This document shows positions 28,309 through 36,267 of a stretch of 48,777 bases of DNA, one piece after another. Numbering within the stretch: the stretch's first letter is position 1; every line of letters starts with the position of its first letter. The stretch spans positions 1-48,777 of the forward strand of contig CBDTTY010000001.1 of NCBI GenBank assembly GCA_965363875.1. Direction: 5' to 3'. The DNA is from an uncultured Anaerolineales bacterium. Its GTDB lineage: Bacteria; Chloroflexota; Anaerolineae; Anaerolineales; E44-bin32. Below the pieces are notes generated by a model. It saw only the letters and a list, made by a program, of their open reading frames with translations. It was not told the origin of the DNA and made no database searches. A program made the position numbers and the translations under genes.

Positions 28309-28922
28309 GGGTCACGATTCTCCGACATCGAATAACGTGTCTGGATAGAAATGATGTAACTGAATACGAGTACGATACCCAGATGAACCATTGCCAGCAA
28401 GGCAATCAACGCCAACGCAGGCTCGATGAACCCGTAGATTAATTCAGCGCCCGACACAAGTGTGAGCAAACCTATTCCGATCCTCAACAGATCCGTTCCT
28501 AATCCCAAATTCAATAGACTGGAAGCGACAAGGAATAAGGCACCCACACTCGCTTCCATTCTTATATCAAATTGTGCAAATAAATTACTTCTGGCAATAC
28601 TTACAGATGCAACCGTCACAAGAAGCAATGCAATGATACGAAAAGGTAGATTTGCGGATAGCAGCTGATCATCCCCTTGCAAGGGGTCATCACCAATTTG
28701 TCGAATTCCGAGGTACAAGATTACACATACCAGTAAGCCGGTTACCAATTTTGCAGCAACGCCTGCGGCCGGCAAACTCGTAGATGCCAGCCACGATACG
28801 GCTATGTATTGCACCGCTAGAATAAGCATTGATCTTGGTTGTGGTCTCATGAGAGCGAGAGCGCTCCCCGTAATGAAGAGAATGACCACAGGCAAAAACA
28901 AGTAATTATTGAGCCATGCCAT
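28305..28922 (-). CDS. Polytopic membrane protein (about 6-7 TM), possibly NuoJ/K- or MrpB/C-like
   Basis: 205 aa and almost entirely hydrophobic. Contains an intramembrane acidic residue (LVSGAELIYG). 4-nt overlap with the downstream antiporter-like gene and a 6-nt gap from the upstream one. Confidence 0.5.
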   Translation of the reverse strand: MAWLNNYLFLPVVILFITGSALALMRPQPRSMLILAVQYIAVSWLASTSLPAAGVAAKLVTGLLVCVILYLGIRQIGDDPLQGDDQLLSANLPFRIIALLLVTVASVSIARSNLFAQFDIRMEASVGALFLVASSLLNLGLGTDLLRIGIGLLTLVSGAELIYGFIEPALALIALLAMVHLGIVLVFSYIISIQTRYSMSENRDP

Positions 28923-28928
28923 CGAAGA

Positions 28929-30527
28929 TCACCTCAAAGCAAGAAGGAGTACCGCTATGAAAGCAAACATCCAAAGCATTGCAGCTTCTCCCTCGAATAG
29001 TTCGCCAATGGATCTTGCCATGCTAAGAAATTTCCGAAGGAAGTTCCATATCAGTGAGAATATCCATTGCGGATTTATGTGAAGGAACACAGATCTCCAT
29101 CGCTTAAATCCAATCCCTTGAAGGTTGCGCAATGCAAAGAAGGCACCCACACCTACGGCAACTGCTGCTACGGTAACGATTCCCCCCTCAATACTGGAAG
29201 TCCCTTCAATCCAGACACCCAGCCCTATACTTACCAAAACCGGTAATGCCAAGCCCATGCTGTACATGACACGAACGAGACTTTCACTGGTCGGCCAAGG
29301 CTCCTCTGGTGTAAAGAAGAGATGGATCGCACCAAGAGAGAGGCTGCTTAATCCAATTATTCCTATGAACGCCTGAATCCATGCTCCCTCATTCAACGCT
29401 GATTGACCCACCATCGTGGTAATCAACCCTCCTGGGCTCCACGGCATTCCAACCAGCAGCGCCGCGGCGAAAATTGGCCAAATGCGATGTGATGGGGTAT
29501 GGACTTGAATAAGCGACAGCAATGCCCCAACAAGCAACAGTAATATACTCGTCGCGACTAGGACATCACCACTCGCAGAAGCGTTACTGCTTGCCAGGAG
29601 TCCAACGCCGGCGAGACCCATAACAAAAAAAGGCCTTGCCAAGAATCGGTCCTCCTCCAACACCCAGCGAATTCCCCCGAACAGGATGCCGATCGCCCCT
29701 GCCATTGCTAGCCACAATCTTATTGTGGGAGGTGTCCCAATTTCAAGAAATCTCGCGAGCAGCAATAGCGCAAGCGCTGGCGGGAACAAACGCAACAATG
29801 AATCTGAGCCTCTCCGGAGAGGGGAAAGAGAAGGCAAAGCTAAATCCAATGGGATCGCTCCCAACCGCAATAAAACCCCCATGAGAAATAATATCGCTGC
29901 CGGTGTAGAGAAGGATGCAGCGTTAAGGCCTGCTCCAAATCCATCGATTGAGTTAATCCAGGCGGCCGCGACTATTGATAACACACTCAGCAAGTCGACA
30001 CCGGCTCGAACAATCGCTCTGCGTATCTCGCTCACGTTTTTCGCGAAGTAAATAAAGAAAACAAAAGAGCATAAATCCAATAAAGTTAATGTAAGTGCAA
30101 CTGTGAGCAAATTGATTGCGAAAACAACCAGCATGGCCAACGCTGTGAACGCAAACCAGAAAATCCGTACGCTTGTCGAGGCGCTATCCGATCTTGTTGC
30201 AGCAGTAAGAAACATCGATAGGAGAACGGTCGAGATGCAATATGCAAGTCCCCAGCTAATTCTGTCGAGTGAAAATTCCAGAGGCGTTTGAAATAAGTTT
30301 GCTGGTTGCCAGATTGGGAAACTAACAGCATTCGGTATCGCCGCGAGCATCAACAATGACAAAAACCAGATGATTAATACGAGCAACGTGCTTACAGCCC
30401 ATTGCGTCCGAGATGGGCGATTGCGGACCAGCCATGTTGCGCCCGCAGCGAGCAGGAGAGCGCTAATTGGAATAAATAGCATACTTATCTTGTGGAGAAG
30501 TTCCTCATCTTTTTCGACGTTTAGCAT
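28929..30527 (-). CDS. Polytopic membrane protein, remote NuoL/M/N-like with degenerate signature
   Basis: 532 aa with about 14 or more TM helices. The N-terminal FSLDRISWGLAYCISTVLL resembles the family's early D-x-L-S block. Where P-x-H-x-W-L-P is expected, the sequence reads GAIPLDLALPS. Confidence 0.45.
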   Translation of the reverse strand: MLNVEKDEELLHKISMLFIPISALLLAAGATWLVRNRPSRTQWAVSTLLVLIIWFLSLLMLAAIPNAVSFPIWQPANLFQTPLEFSLDRISWGLAYCISTVLLSMFLTAATRSDSASTSVRIFWFAFTALAMLVVFAINLLTVALTLTLLDLCSFVFFIYFAKNVSEIRRAIVRAGVDLLSVLSIVAAAWINSIDGFGAGLNAASFSTPAAILFLMGVLLRLGAIPLDLALPSLSPLRRGSDSLLRLFPPALALLLLARFLEIGTPPTIRLWLAMAGAIGILFGGIRWVLEEDRFLARPFFVMGLAGVGLLASSNASASGDVLVATSILLLLVGALLSLIQVHTPSHRIWPIFAAALLVGMPWSPGGLITTMVGQSALNEGAWIQAFIGIIGLSSLSLGAIHLFFTPEEPWPTSESLVRVMYSMGLALPVLVSIGLGVWIEGTSSIEGGIVTVAAVAVGVGAFFALRNLQGIGFKRWRSVFLHINPQWIFSLIWNFLRKFLSMARSIGELFEGEAAMLWMFAFIAVLLLALR

Positions 30528-30609
30528 ACCACGGAAGCGCCCTCATGCTATACTTTTTACGCTTCTTCGCACACGCCAATCACATGTCGATGAAAAGAGA
30601 ATTAATGAA

Positions 30610-32226
30610 ATGAACAAGCGAACCGCTCCCTCCAAGGGTAACCCCTCTCCGAGCGCTGTCTCAATCGACGGCAACCATCTAACACTTGCGCACTTGGAAT
30701 CCGTCGCTCGATTCAATGCTCGAGTTGATCTGGATAAATCAGCAAGAGATCGTATTGACCAATCTGCCAAGAACCTGAAAAAGCTTGCCTCTTCCAAGAC
30801 CCCAATCTATGGTGTGAATACTGGTTACGGCATTTTTGCAGATAGGCGTCTGGATTCCTCCCAAGCTTCGAAGATCTCTGAGAATCTAGTCCTGAGCCAC
30901 GCTGTTGCGGTCGGAGATCCCTTCCCGGAGGAGGTCGTAAGAGCTGCGATTCTTATTCGAGCAAACTCTCTTGCACATGGCTACTCTGGCGTTCGAACCG
31001 AAATCATCGACGTTCTTCTTTCGTTATTAAATAAAGGTGTGACCCCTTACATTCCCTCCCAAGGCTCGTTAGGCTCATCGGGTGATCTCGCACAATTAGC
31101 TCAACTCGCCCTTGTTATTACAAATTTCGACGCTCATGTGTTTGGCGATACTGAGGTGCAAGCCTGGTTCGAAGATTGCCTACTCCCTGGTCATGAGGCT
31201 ATGAGCAAAGCTGGTATCGAGCTTATCGGACTCGGCCCTAAAGAAGGCTTGGCGCTCACCAACGGCGCATCCTTCTCTACGGCCCTTCTTGCTTTGGCAG
31301 TCATCGATTCGCGTCGATTGCTTTTCTCGAATGAAATCGCTTCGTCTATGACCCTCGATGCCCTTCTCGGCGTTTCTGCCGCGCTCGATGAACGGGTCCA
31401 CGCAGCGAGACCTTACCCCGGCCAACAAGCAGTTGCTCTAAGGATGCGCAACCTCATTTCAGGCAGCCAGCTTATCGATAGCACTTCACGAGTGCAAGAC
31501 GCCTACAGCTTACGCTGTTGCCCTCAAATCCTAGGCCCGATTTGGGATACGCTCGCTTACGCCGATACGGTCAGCAACATTGAGATGAACTCCGCAACTG
31601 ATAACCCCCTGCTATTTGGCGATGATGTTCTCTCCGGGGGTAATTTCCATGGAGAACCCGTAGGTCTTGCCGCCGATTATCTAAAAATTGCGCTCTCAGA
31701 GGCTGGATCAATATCAGAACGGCGGGTCTTCAGGCTTTTATCTGCGGATATGAATGCTAACCTCCCAGCCATGCTTATCGCAGATCGCGGCAAGATCGGT
31801 CTCTACTCGGGCTTGATGATGCTTCATTACACAGCGGGCTCGTTGGCGCTTGAAAATCAAGCTCTGGCCAATCCTAATTCAACTTCTTCTGTGCCGACTT
31901 CTGCCGGCCAGGAAGATCATAACGCTAACTCGACTACAGCCGCCAGGAATCTCCGACTCATTGTTGAGAACTTGACCCGCATCACCGCAATCGAACTCAT
32001 CTGTGCTTCCCAGGCTCTTGATTTGCGCATGAAGGAAACCCCCGGGAAATCTCCAGGCACGGGAACACTTGCTGCGCTTAGACACATTCGTAAATCTGTC
32101 GGTTTTATCGAACACGATCGACCGTACTCAGCAGACATCAATCTCGTCAGTGAAGTAATCCGCTCTGGATCGCTGCTCACCGCCCTTCACAATGCGGGGT
32201 TTGATGATTACCCCCCTGTGCTATAA
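30610..32226 (+). CDS. hutH: Histidine ammonia-lyase family protein (MIO-dependent aromatic amino acid lyase)
   Basis: YGVNTGYG, GSLGSSGDLAQL (MIO region), LALTNG, NFHGEP and AGQEDHNANS. The start is set at ATG 30610 (MNKRT...), because the ORF-track extension to 30370 overlaps the divergent membrane gene. Confidence 0.85.
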   Translation: MNKRTAPSKGNPSPSAVSIDGNHLTLAHLESVARFNARVDLDKSARDRIDQSAKNLKKLASSKTPIYGVNTGYGIFADRRLDSSQASKISENLVLSHAVAVGDPFPEEVVRAAILIRANSLAHGYSGVRTEIIDVLLSLLNKGVTPYIPSQGSLGSSGDLAQLAQLALVITNFDAHVFGDTEVQAWFEDCLLPGHEAMSKAGIELIGLGPKEGLALTNGASFSTALLALAVIDSRRLLFSNEIASSMTLDALLGVSAALDERVHAARPYPGQQAVALRMRNLISGSQLIDSTSRVQDAYSLRCCPQILGPIWDTLAYADTVSNIEMNSATDNPLLFGDDVLSGGNFHGEPVGLAADYLKIALSEAGSISERRVFRLLSADMNANLPAMLIADRGKIGLYSGLMMLHYTAGSLALENQALANPNSTSSVPTSAGQEDHNANSTTAARNLRLIVENLTRITAIELICASQALDLRMKETPGKSPGTGTLAALRHIRKSVGFIEHDRPYSADINLVSEVIRSGSLLTALHNAGFDDYPPVL

Positions 32227-32227
32227 T
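32219..32227 (+). promoter_or_regulatory. Putative extended -10 promoter (TGcTATAAT) inside the last codons of hutH
   Basis: Perfect TGnTATAAT at 32219-32227. TTGATG lies at 32201-32206 (15-nt spacer). The predicted TSS is around 32234, 1-2 nt before the small-ORF ATG. Confidence 0.5.
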
Positions 32228-32235
32228 CTGTAATT

Positions 32236-32307
32236 ATGAATGCTGGGTCCACGCACCACACACGAAACGCATCAGCCCACCATCAAGTGGGCATAGTGAG
32301 CGCGTAG
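32236..32307 (+). CDS. Candidate leader peptide MNAGSTHHTRNASAHHQVGIVSA (two His-His pairs)
   Basis: Hand translation: ATG 32236 ... CAC CAC (32254-32259) ... CAC CAT (32278-32283) ... TAG 32305-32307. No Shine-Dalgarno, but it starts about 8 nt after a perfect extended -10. It is followed by a terminator and then hisS. Confidence 0.35.
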   Translation: MNAGSTHHTRNASAHHQVGIVSA

Positions 32308-32343
32308 ACCCACCCGCTCTGATAAGAAGGGATCGTTGATAAA

Positions 32344-32376
32344 GACGGCGTGGGCTGGGCTCAGGTCGTCTTTTTT
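32344..32376 (+). terminator. Intrinsic terminator/attenuator hairpin upstream of hisS
   Basis: GACGGCGTGGGC-TGG-GCTCAGGTCGTC gives 11 pairs (two G:U, one mismatch) followed by T6 at 32371-32376. It ends 15 nt before the hisS ATG, and the GGAGG Shine-Dalgarno (32382-32386) lies after it. Confidence 0.6.
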
Positions 32377-32391
32377 GTAATGGAGGCATTA

Positions 32392-33660
32392 ATGCCAATA
32401 ATTCAACCGGTTCGAGGCACGCGCGATTTCTACCCAGAGGATATGGCTTTTCGCCAGTGGCTCAATAATCAGATCCGCGAGGCATCCTCGCAATTTGGCT
32501 ATCAGGAATTCGACGGCCCCTTTCTGGAGCGCTTGGAACTCTATGCCGCTAAATCCGGTGATGAGCTCGTTAAAGAACAGTCTTACGTATTTCCCGATCG
32601 AAGCGGTTCTATGATCGCTCTCCGCCCTGAACTCACTCCATCCCTTGCACGTATGGTGGCGCAGCGCGGTAAAGGTCTTACGCTGCCTCTTCGCTGGTGG
32701 TCTTTTGGACCTTTTTGGCGATATGAGCGAAAGCAGAAAGGTCGGTCTCGGGAATTCTTCCAGTGGAATATCGACCTTATCGGCGTCAGTACCCCTGAAG
32801 CGGATGCCGAGCTAGTTGCGGTAGCAGCGACACTCTTTCGCAATGTTGGGCTGACAGCGGATATGATCCGCATTAAAGTGAACAACCGGCGCCTTGCAGA
32901 GAAACAGCTCGACAAAATCGGTATCCAGGGCGAGTTGCTGCCAATAACTTTTCGTCTTATCGATCGTCAAGATCGCATGGCACCAGAGGCATGGAAATCT
33001 TATGCGCTCGAAAGCGGATTAAACGAAGATCAATTTACTGGCCTCGTGAAGATGCTCGAGGATCTTGATGCCTGGAAATCTTCACCGGAAATGCTTCAAT
33101 ACTTCAAAGCCGCCGAAGCGCTCGGAGTGGATGAATATCTAGACTATGATCCAACCATAATCCGGGGACTTGACTACTACACTGGAACAGTTTACGAGGC
33201 CAGGGACGTCAAAGGCAATCATCGGTCGATCCTCGGCGGTGGTCGCTACGACGATCTTGTCTCCATTGTTGGTGGCAACCCGATCCCTGGGACGGGCTTC
33301 GCGATGGGAGATGTCGTATTCGGATTGGTCCTGGACGAAAACGGGATTAAACCTGATCTACGCGTGAGTCCTACGGACATCTTGATCACAACTTTTGAAG
33401 AGGCCGGTGAGAGCGCTTCTATTCAAATCGCTGCAGAGCTGCGCGAAGCTGGCTATCGTGTCGAGTGGTACCCGCAACCCGTACGCCTCCAACGGCAGCT
33501 AAAGTACGCAGATCGCAATGAAATCCCGCTGGTTGTAATTATTGGCCCCGATGAAATGGAGGCAGATAAAGTCTCTTTGAAGGATATGGTCTCTGGCGAG
33601 CAAGATACCTTTTCTCGTAGCGATCTTCTAGCACGGATAAAAGCCCGGTTGTCTGGGTAA
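32392..33660 (+). CDS. hisS: Histidine--tRNA ligase
   Basis: MPIIQPVRGTRDFYPEDM..., class II motifs LRPELTPSLARM, FGPFWRYERKQKGRSREFFQWN and GGGRYDDL. ATG 32392 with GGAGG 5 nt upstream is preferred over the ORF-track start at 32350, which lies inside the terminator. Confidence 0.93.
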   Translation: MPIIQPVRGTRDFYPEDMAFRQWLNNQIREASSQFGYQEFDGPFLERLELYAAKSGDELVKEQSYVFPDRSGSMIALRPELTPSLARMVAQRGKGLTLPLRWWSFGPFWRYERKQKGRSREFFQWNIDLIGVSTPEADAELVAVAATLFRNVGLTADMIRIKVNNRRLAEKQLDKIGIQGELLPITFRLIDRQDRMAPEAWKSYALESGLNEDQFTGLVKMLEDLDAWKSSPEMLQYFKAAEALGVDEYLDYDPTIIRGLDYYTGTVYEARDVKGNHRSILGGGRYDDLVSIVGGNPIPGTGFAMGDVVFGLVLDENGIKPDLRVSPTDILITTFEEAGESASIQIAAELREAGYRVEWYPQPVRLQRQLKYADRNEIPLVVIIGPDEMEADKVSLKDMVSGEQDTFSRSDLLARIKARLSG

Positions 33661-33694
33661 GTACGTTTCTTTTGTGGCTCGATACCTGCCTTCG

Positions 33695-33703
33695 TGTTAG
33701 AAT
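33695..33703 (+). promoter_or_regulatory. Putative extended -10 (TGtTAGAAT) upstream of tRNA-His
   Basis: TGTTAGAAT at 33695-33703, about 60 nt upstream of the tRNA 5' end. Confidence 0.35.
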
Positions 33704-33762
33704 AACGCTCGCATAAGTTGGGTGTCTTTCGTTTACTTTTTCGTGAAGATGCAGGTCAGCAT

Positions 33763-33835
33763 GGCGAGGGTAGTTCAGTGGCAGAACGCGCGCCTGTGGA
33801 GCGCGATGTCGCGGGTTCGAATCCCGTCCCTCGCC
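33763..33835 (+). tRNA. tRNA-His (anticodon GTG)
   Basis: Hand-folded cloverleaf. Acceptor stem GCGAGGG/CCCTCGC, with an encoded extra G-1 (33763) opposite discriminator C73 (33835), the hallmark of bacterial tRNA-His. D-arm GTTC/GAAC. Anticodon stem CGCGC/GCGCG with loop CTGTGGA (GTG at 33796-33798). T-arm GCGGG-TTCGAAT-CCCGT. CCA is not encoded. Confidence 0.93.
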
Positions 33836-33919
33836 CTGTAATAACTCCAATAGGAAAATTTTAGCTTGTCCTTTTGTGGATTTAGTTATGACCTGGAACC
33901 CTTCAGTCACCAATTGCAG

Positions 33920-33942
33920 AACGCCCGCCAGGGCGTTTTTTT
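33920..33942 (+). terminator. Intrinsic terminator downstream of tRNA-His
   Basis: AACGCCC-GCCA-GGGCGTT hairpin followed by a T7 run. Confidence 0.75.
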
Positions 33943-33947
33943 GAAGA

Positions 33948-34991
33948 TTAGCGAGCTATGCCGGTTATGGGATCCACCCCGATGTCGATGTAGCCATTGA
34001 TAAGATCTTGCAGTACCTCCTGCACCCACGCTTCTCGTCCAGGCGTCAATCGCTCAGAGTTGATATCCTCGATGATAATCGGCATGGACACAGTTCCTCC
34101 GCCATCGCCCATCCAAACGTTATCCCAGATTTCTGCGATTGCCAGTTCAGGTGCAGCCCGCACCGTCGCGATCCATTTCGCTCCAAGATCATCTCCTGGT
34201 GACGTGCCGCCAATATAGCTCAAATCTGGACCTTCGAGCATTTCCGCCGATGCTGTTCCGCTCAATTCAGGAGACAAGAAGATCGTATCCACATCCAGGT
34301 TAGCTAGTGTATCGATTGCATCCTGAACTGCTGAAACATCAGATGAAGATGCCTCAACGCCAAGCGGATATGAATGGAAAGGTGGATAAGCTTGTCGGCA
34401 CAATCCACAATAGAACTTCACCCCATTTTGAAACGCTAAATTACTAGCCTGTTCTTCCCCGGAGTTCAGCATTGACACAGCACCTACCCGCCAATCAGGT
34501 GTCACTACAGCTGATATAACACCGGCGATGAAGCCAACGTGATCTGAACCCATACCGTCTGGACCGATCCTCGTTAGATTGTCTGCCTCGCTTAAGCCAT
34601 GGATCCCAATAGCCACAAACTGCACCGCTGGATGTCGCGCCACCAAGTCATTTAATCCCTGATCAGGTGGAAGGTAAAAAACAACCTTTGCGTTCTGCTC
34701 GAGATCACTGTCAGAGATTTCAGCCAGGACGATAAATTCACTTCCTTCAGCTGCAGAGAGCGTTGTGATGAGGTCTTCCACTCTGGAAGTCATCCTCTCT
34801 GAGACCTCACCTCCGCTAACTAGATAGACCAGACCAGGCGCAGCCGTGGGCGATGCTGTTGGTATGATCGGCCGTTCCAGTGTGGGCGTTACTGGAGCCT
34901 GCCCATTGTCTCCTGCCCCGCCACAAGCGGTAAGCAGAATAAGAATTCCAAGCAAGGTAATTTTTAGTGTGTGATTGTTAGCGAATCGCAT
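33948..34991 (-). CDS. Lipoprotein, periplasmic-binding-protein-like (possibly BMP/PnrA family)
   Basis: 347 aa. Lipobox ILLTAC-GG after a hydrophobic signal. A P/T-rich linker is followed by an alpha/beta-looking body with HVGFIAGVISAVV. The family assignment is tentative. Confidence 0.5.
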   Translation of the reverse strand: MRFANNHTLKITLLGILILLTACGGAGDNGQAPVTPTLERPIIPTASPTAAPGLVYLVSGGEVSERMTSRVEDLITTLSAAEGSEFIVLAEISDSDLEQNAKVVFYLPPDQGLNDLVARHPAVQFVAIGIHGLSEADNLTRIGPDGMGSDHVGFIAGVISAVVTPDWRVGAVSMLNSGEEQASNLAFQNGVKFYCGLCRQAYPPFHSYPLGVEASSSDVSAVQDAIDTLANLDVDTIFLSPELSGTASAEMLEGPDLSYIGGTSPGDDLGAKWIATVRAAPELAIAEIWDNVWMGDGGGTVSMPIIIEDINSERLTPGREAWVQEVLQDLINGYIDIGVDPITGIAR

Positions 34992-35100
34992 TAATTATCT
35001 TCCCATCCATGATCACTATTTTACTATCTGTACTCAGCCCTTGACCATATCCCTCAAATGTGGAGAATTGAGTTTCGATTCTATCTATACATTCTTCCTG

Positions 35101-35130
35101 TTCACCAATTATTAAGAAATACGAGATAAT
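35101..35130 (+). promoter_or_regulatory. Putative promoter TTCACC-N18-GATAAT, 9 nt upstream of the L,D-transpeptidase ATG
   Basis: -35-like box at 35101-35106 and -10-like box at 35125-35130, with ATG at 35140. No Shine-Dalgarno. Confidence 0.3.
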
Positions 35131-35139
35131 ATTGGTCAC

Positions 35140-36237
35140 ATGAAACCATCTTCAAGAGTTGTCGAACGCATAAACCGTCGAGATGCGCTAAGAATGTCTG
35201 CCCTGGGTCTGGGCGGGTTTGCATCCCAGAGATTCCTGCGAGGACTCGCGTTACCGGATTTTCCAAGCGCAGAACGTCTCGGCAGAGTCGCATCGCCCAA
35301 TGTCGAGCTTCACATACGACCCGATTCAACCAGCCAAGCGATCGGGACCCTTTATGAGGATGCCGTCGTTCCCTGGCTGCGCGAGGTAGTCGGGCACCAT
35401 CCATACCGCTTTAACCAACGCTGGGTGGAAACTCCAGATGGCTATCTGTGGTCTGGTACAGTTCAGCCCGTCCAAAATGAACCGAACGAACCCGTAGACC
35501 TATTGCCCGAGACGAGCCTAGGTGAAGGGATGTGGGTTCAGGTGACGGTCCCCTGGGTGGATCTCATATTGGAAAACCCGCCTGCCCGTTCTCCCTGGTT
35601 GAAAGAAAGCCTAACTCCGCGTCTATCTTACAGCCAAATATTATGGGTTGACCAAATTCGCACAGACGATTCAGGCAATAACCCCCTCTACCGTATTAAT
35701 GAGCGTTACGGATATGGCGACATCTTCTGGGCTGATGCTCGTGCATTTCGGCCGCTTATTGAAGGTGATCTGTCTCCTATCCACCCGGAGGTTGAAGATA
35801 AACGGGTCGTAGTAAACCTGACATCTCAGACGCTGTCGTGTTTTGAAGGTAATCGTGAGGTCTTTTTCTGCCGCATTTCTTCTGGCGCAAAATTTAACGC
35901 CTCCGGTGAGCCGGTCGATGAGTGGGCTACTCCGATTGGTGGCTTCCAGATCTGGCGCAAGTTGATCTCGCTCCACATGAGCGGCGGAACGACTGGAGGC
36001 GGTTACGATCTACCAGGAATCGGTTGGGTAACCCTCTTCGTAGGCAATGGTGTAGCAATCCATTCAACCTTCTGGCACAACAATTTCGGTGTCCCCATGT
36101 CACATGGTTGTGTGAACGCACGACCTCAGGACGCTCAGTGGATTTTCCGCTGGACAACACCCTTCATCGACTATGACCCCGGCGATGCAACTGTCTCAAT
36201 GCCTGGAGGGACCCGCGTCTTTATTGCCGAAGAATGA
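35140..36237 (+). CDS. L,D-transpeptidase (YkuD domain) with Tat-type signal
   Basis: 365 aa. Twin-arginine N-terminus NRRDALRMSALGLGGFA. Catalytic block IHSTFWHNNFGVPMSHGCVNA (His ... SHGC). Confidence 0.85.
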   Translation: MKPSSRVVERINRRDALRMSALGLGGFASQRFLRGLALPDFPSAERLGRVASPNVELHIRPDSTSQAIGTLYEDAVVPWLREVVGHHPYRFNQRWVETPDGYLWSGTVQPVQNEPNEPVDLLPETSLGEGMWVQVTVPWVDLILENPPARSPWLKESLTPRLSYSQILWVDQIRTDDSGNNPLYRINERYGYGDIFWADARAFRPLIEGDLSPIHPEVEDKRVVVNLTSQTLSCFEGNREVFFCRISSGAKFNASGEPVDEWATPIGGFQIWRKLISLHMSGGTTGGGYDLPGIGWVTLFVGNGVAIHSTFWHNNFGVPMSHGCVNARPQDAQWIFRWTTPFIDYDPGDATVSMPGGTRVFIAEE

Positions 36238-36267
36238 TGTTTCACTTCTAAGACTGGAAATAAATGG

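Noticed and set aside
30370-30609. N-terminal 80-aa extension of the hutH ORF in the supplied track
   Set aside because: It overlaps the 5' end of the divergent membrane gene (up to 30527). It has a low-complexity R/S-rich translation. HAL-like sequence begins only after ATG 30610.
32227-32391. T-box riboswitch upstream of hisS
   Set aside because: A T-box is the expected mechanism for an aaRS gene in many monoderm lineages. However, I could not find the conserved T-box sequence (…GGGTGGTACCGCG…). The leader is short, about 150 nt. The CAC/CAT triplets lie on the 5' side of the main helix rather than in a 3'-side specifier loop. A peptide-type attenuator fits better. A covariance-model search is still needed to confirm this.
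33539-33913. 124-aa minus-strand ORF
   Set aside because: It is antisense to the hisS 3' end and to the whole tRNA-His gene. The tRNA cloverleaf explains the region.
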